A DNA stretch of 64,000 nt from Podarcis muralis (lineage: Eukaryota). Position numbers and translations under genes: made by a program. Every line of letters begins with the position of its first letter. Position 1 is the first letter of the stretch. The notes beneath the pieces were generated by a model that was not told the DNA's origin, searched no databases, and saw nothing but the letters and a program-made list of their open reading frames with translations. The stretch is from contig NC_135657.1 in NCBI RefSeq assembly GCF_964188315.1, positions 99,448,001 through 99,512,000 on the forward strand, written 5' to 3'. Of the stretch, positions 60,428-64,000 are shown one piece after another.

Positions 60428-61094
60428 CTAAGTTAGGCTTGCTAAGATATATAAGACTGAATCAGGTAAGTGGTGGAGATGCAAAGAGGTAGAGGGAACG
60501 TTCTTTCATACGTGGTGGACCTGTAAAAGGGTAAAAGAGTATTGGGAAATAATCCATAATGAATTGAAAAAAATGTTTAAAAGTACTTTCCAAAAAAAGA
60601 ACCAGAATCCTTTCTGTTGGGGATAATTCAGAATGAAATTCCCAGGTGTCAAAAACGATTATTTATGTATGCCACTACTGCAGCCCGTGTTTTGTTAGTC
60701 CAAAAATGGAAAATGAGCAAGGTCCCAACTAAAGAAGAATGGCAACTTGAGCTGACGGAATATGTGCAGCTTTCAGACTTAACATATAGAAACAAGAAGA
60801 ACATACATTTAGAGAAGATTGGAAAATGTTTATTGAATATATGGGGGGGGGGGGAATTGTGTACACTTGAAAATGTTGGCAGCCTTAAGATAAATTCAAC
60901 AGTGTAAATAAATTTTGATGGATGTAATAATGGAATGCTGAATGGTTTAGTTTATGTAAAAGATGCAGGGATTTATAATATGCAAAATGAACCATGGAAA
61001 GGGAGGAAGGGAAGTCATTGATATTTTAAGGATGTTTAAATGAGTACTCTAAATTGTAAAACAGAAATTTTAAGAAAAATTATATATAAAAAAG
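60428..61094 (+). mobile_element. L1-clade LINE, 5'-truncated
   Basis: WRCKEVEGTFFHTWWTC Cys/His motif ... PTKEEWQLELTEY; A-rich tail; 15-bp TSD GATAGTAATAACTTG (60413-60427 / 61095-61109). Confidence 0.88.
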
Positions 61095-62136
61095 ATAGTA
61101 ATAACTTGAAAACAGTACATAAATAGAAATAAATTTTGCTCCCTGAAGGAAGCCTCCACCCACTAGAATAATTCCAAATCTCACCAAATTATTTGTACAC
61201 CAATTCCTGCCTTCATCTATTTCTCCCACCTCTATGGTGCTACTTGAAACAGGTCACTTCTACCTGCTGTTGAATTCTGTTATGCTATCTCTCATTCTTG
61301 TACACCAAACAATGATTTGAAATAAAAACCATTGGAACTATTTTGTCTCATAGCTAATAAATTTTATGGCAGCGTGGAGCTTAACGCACAACGGATTGGC
61401 CTGTGGGGTCTCCTCACATCTCAAAGATCTCAAAATTATGTTAACACTAGAAATTATATTAACAGCTGTACTGTAACAGTGTAATAGCTGTATAGTATGG
61501 TATGTATTTTCTCCATTAGACTATTAAAGGATTTGAAAAGGTCAGTGATTTATTTACATCAGTTTTTTCAAAGCATCTAAAGTTTACCCAGTTAAGTGAG
61601 CCTATTCCACTCAGGAAGCAAACTGGCCAATGGACATTATACAAAGAGCTTAAAGTAAAAAAAAAAAATTAAAAAAAATTATATATATTCCAGGCTAAAA
61701 CTGCTTTTTATAAAAAGGCCCTTCTGCTGTACACATCAGTTGTTTGGAATTTTTGTATGCAGCCGTTTTAACTAGAAGCTCTTGCACAACTTAACTAAAA
61801 TACTTTTTGAAAAAAAGAATGTTTTCCCACAAAGCTGGACAAGGCCAGAGGTCTATTTTGCGATCTAAAATGGGGTGTGTTGAACTTTGGTCCAGTCATT
61901 TTAGGTTTTGTCACAGGAGCTCCTTCGCGGAGCGCAATTGAGTGAGATGTTGCCATTGATCCATCTGTCTGAATGGCAGTTCCATCAATAATTGTAATAA
62001 ATAAGCTCACCTTCCATGTGCAAAGTAACAGCGGAATGAAAAGTTTGCCGGAAGTTGTGCTTGTTCTCAGGTCTGTGCTATGGAACAGAACTGTTCAAAG
62101 TATGGCAGGGAAGCCAGTCAAATGCTGAACACAGAT

Positions 62137-62320
62137 GAACATGCCTGATAACTGAGTCAGAGCAACTGTCTATCTAGCTCACTATGTCTGGTTTTACTAG
62201 CAGTGCCCTCTCCAAGGTCTTTCCCAGCCCTGTGATCTGAGATTCTTTACTGGGAAGTGCCAGTGATTAAATGTGAGACAGTGAAGCATCTACTCTACCA
62301 CTGAACTGAAGTTCCTCCCC
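62137..62320 (-). mobile_element. tRNA-derived squamate SINE (Squam3-like), degenerate
   Basis: Reverse complement resembles the 736 copy (CTCTACCACTGAACT head end). Confidence 0.55.
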
Positions 62321-63361
62321 AATTGGCTGCCTGTTACTCTGAGCATGGGGAAATATTTCCAGATATTCCATGTAGCCAAGAATGAGTGTGCAGCCAGGGG
62401 CATCAGCTCCTGGGGGCTGCGTCCTTTTGGGCTTGTCTATATTTCAGGAGTAGGGGCCCCCCATGCCCCAAAAGTACAGAGCCAACTGCGGCACAGCTCC
62501 AGTGGCCAGCTCCTTGGGTTGAAGCAGTCTCCTGCCAGTGATGGCACCAAGAGGAGGTGGGGGATGAGCCAATGGGTGTTGAAGCTGCGTGGCCACCAGG
62601 TTTGGTTCTGTCCCTAGCTCCTCCCAGCATCCGGACACCATGTGTGTGACATCACCCCCCCTTCCATCACCCTTGCAAGCGGGTGCCTCTGATAGCAGCC
62701 TTGCTTATTACTGCATTTTGATGTCACCTGACAGCAGTAGTACAAGTGTGAGTGAATGAACATCTTCTGGAGATCTGCAGGAGTCATGGGTCATGCTCCC
62801 TGATTTAAGAGTGGGCATTACCAGCCTGGCAGCTTTCTCAAGTGATCTTGTTGCTGTCCATTTTCTCAACTGTTTAGCGAGCATCTCTAAACAGGAACAA
62901 GGCCTTTGGCATTCAGGAACACCAGGAGACGAGCCCGTTAGAGATTCAGCATAGTGGTCCTGGTCTAGACTGCCAGGTAGCTGGGGAATGATGATTGCAG
63001 TTTTGTGTAGGGCACTGCCATACCCTGTGCTTTGCATCCCAAATGCATGCTGTGTGGCTGCACACAGCTTCACCTGTAAGAGAACCAAGGAGATGGGCTG
63101 GGCAGTGTGCATTTGGTGACCTTGCATGCAGTTTGTTGATCTCCCAAAAGTCATGCAGATGAACCAGCCATCTCATTGCAGAACCAGAGCTTCATATGCA
63201 TTACTCAAACAACTGCCTGTCCATCACAACCCAAGCCACCTTTCAGACAGGGGCAAGAGAAAGAGGACAGCAGATCCCATGGTCTCCTCTTTTCTCAACA
63301 ATAATGAATATTGTCCTTAGATTTTTCTTTTCTTAAACTCCCTTTAGGCAGAAGGAACTCT

Positions 63362-64000
63362 AGTCAAGTCAAGTACCTTTATTGGCATCACAATATAAAA
63401 CGTTTCAGATCACTGCGATAATTAAAGGACAGGGGTGAAGCTGTTAAGGGTTATAGTGTCATACTGTGGTCATGTGCACTAGATATTCTGCTACGCCCGG
63501 TCTATTTCCCGAAGGGATGGTTCGTTGGGAACCCTTTCAGGCAAAATTGTGGCTAGAAAGGAAGCTACTAGAGCAGTGGTATCTTTGTCCCGATCTGCCA
63601 GGAGAAACCTCATTTGATTTCTCCTCGGGGTTGTGGGCCAGAGGTTCAACATTTTACTCAGCATCAGTTGGCGAGGTCTGCTACGTAAAAGGCAATCTAA
63701 GAGAATGTGTTCCATTGAATCTGGTACTTCTTGGTTGCCGGCACACAAATGGGCTTGATATGGAGTGTGTGAGAATCTGCCTTTAGTCACTGCAGAAGGG
63801 AAAGCATTTAATCTCGCGAGCATAAAGGCTCTTCGATGGGGAGGTAGTAAATCCTTTAGGTATTTGGCACAGGTTCCGTAGGGTGTTGTAATACCTAAGG
63901 CCTCTGGAGAACAAGATCTCGGAGTGGAAGGAGCTCTATTCGTGCTTAAAGGCACTTTGTCCTAGATGCCAGGATGATTATAAACAAAAGCTGGCACAGG
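63362..64000 (-). mobile_element. Non-LTR retrotransposon 3' end (RTE-X-like, family uncertain), runs off the window
   Basis: RRAFMLARLNAFPSAVTKGRF..LC..MEHILLDC degenerate Zn-knuckle; on - an AATAAA followed by a short TTGAC repeat tail. Confidence 0.6.

Noticed and set aside
46134-64000. Search for ANGPT2 exon 1 (MWQIVF...NNTQWLMK) and MCPH1 exons 13-14
   Set aside because: Not found by eye; presumed to lie beyond the window.
1-64000. CRISPR arrays, rRNA genes, prokaryotic operons
   Set aside because: None seen; this is intron-rich vertebrate DNA and the repeats are dispersed transposons.

Overview
Vertebrate genomic DNA, most likely a lacertid lizard (inferred from the Sauria SINE, RTE-BovB, L2 and L1 repeat content). 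The + strand carries MCPH1 (microcephalin) exons 4-12 by human numbering; exon 8 is interrupted by a 200-N gap. ANGPT2 (angiopoietin-2) exons 2-9 lie nested on the - strand inside MCPH1 intron 12, giving 1203 nt of contiguous reading frame through the stop codon. ANGPT2 exon 1 and MCPH1 exons 1-3 and 13-14 were not found in the window. The strongest finding is at 55695-56380: a 686-bp non-autonomous hAT (Charlie-like) element with perfect 15-bp TIRs and an 8-bp TSD, inserted into a Sauria SINE. It appears to have captured the CpG-rich 5' end (leader plus Gln/Pro-rich N-terminal coding region) of RANBP9, making it a Pack-MULE-like gene-capturing transposon that keeps an intact 104-aa chimeric mini-ORF in the ANGPT2 sense. 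Other notable items are a GC-AG intron in MCPH1, a degenerate TRF2-binding motif, a MITE built from a chain of hairpins, two SINEs inserted into the same target site beside an ANGPT2 acceptor, a BovB 5' junction with an inverted copy of its own flank, and a 200-bp near-perfect palindrome. Protein identities come from recalled human sequences; no database search was run.
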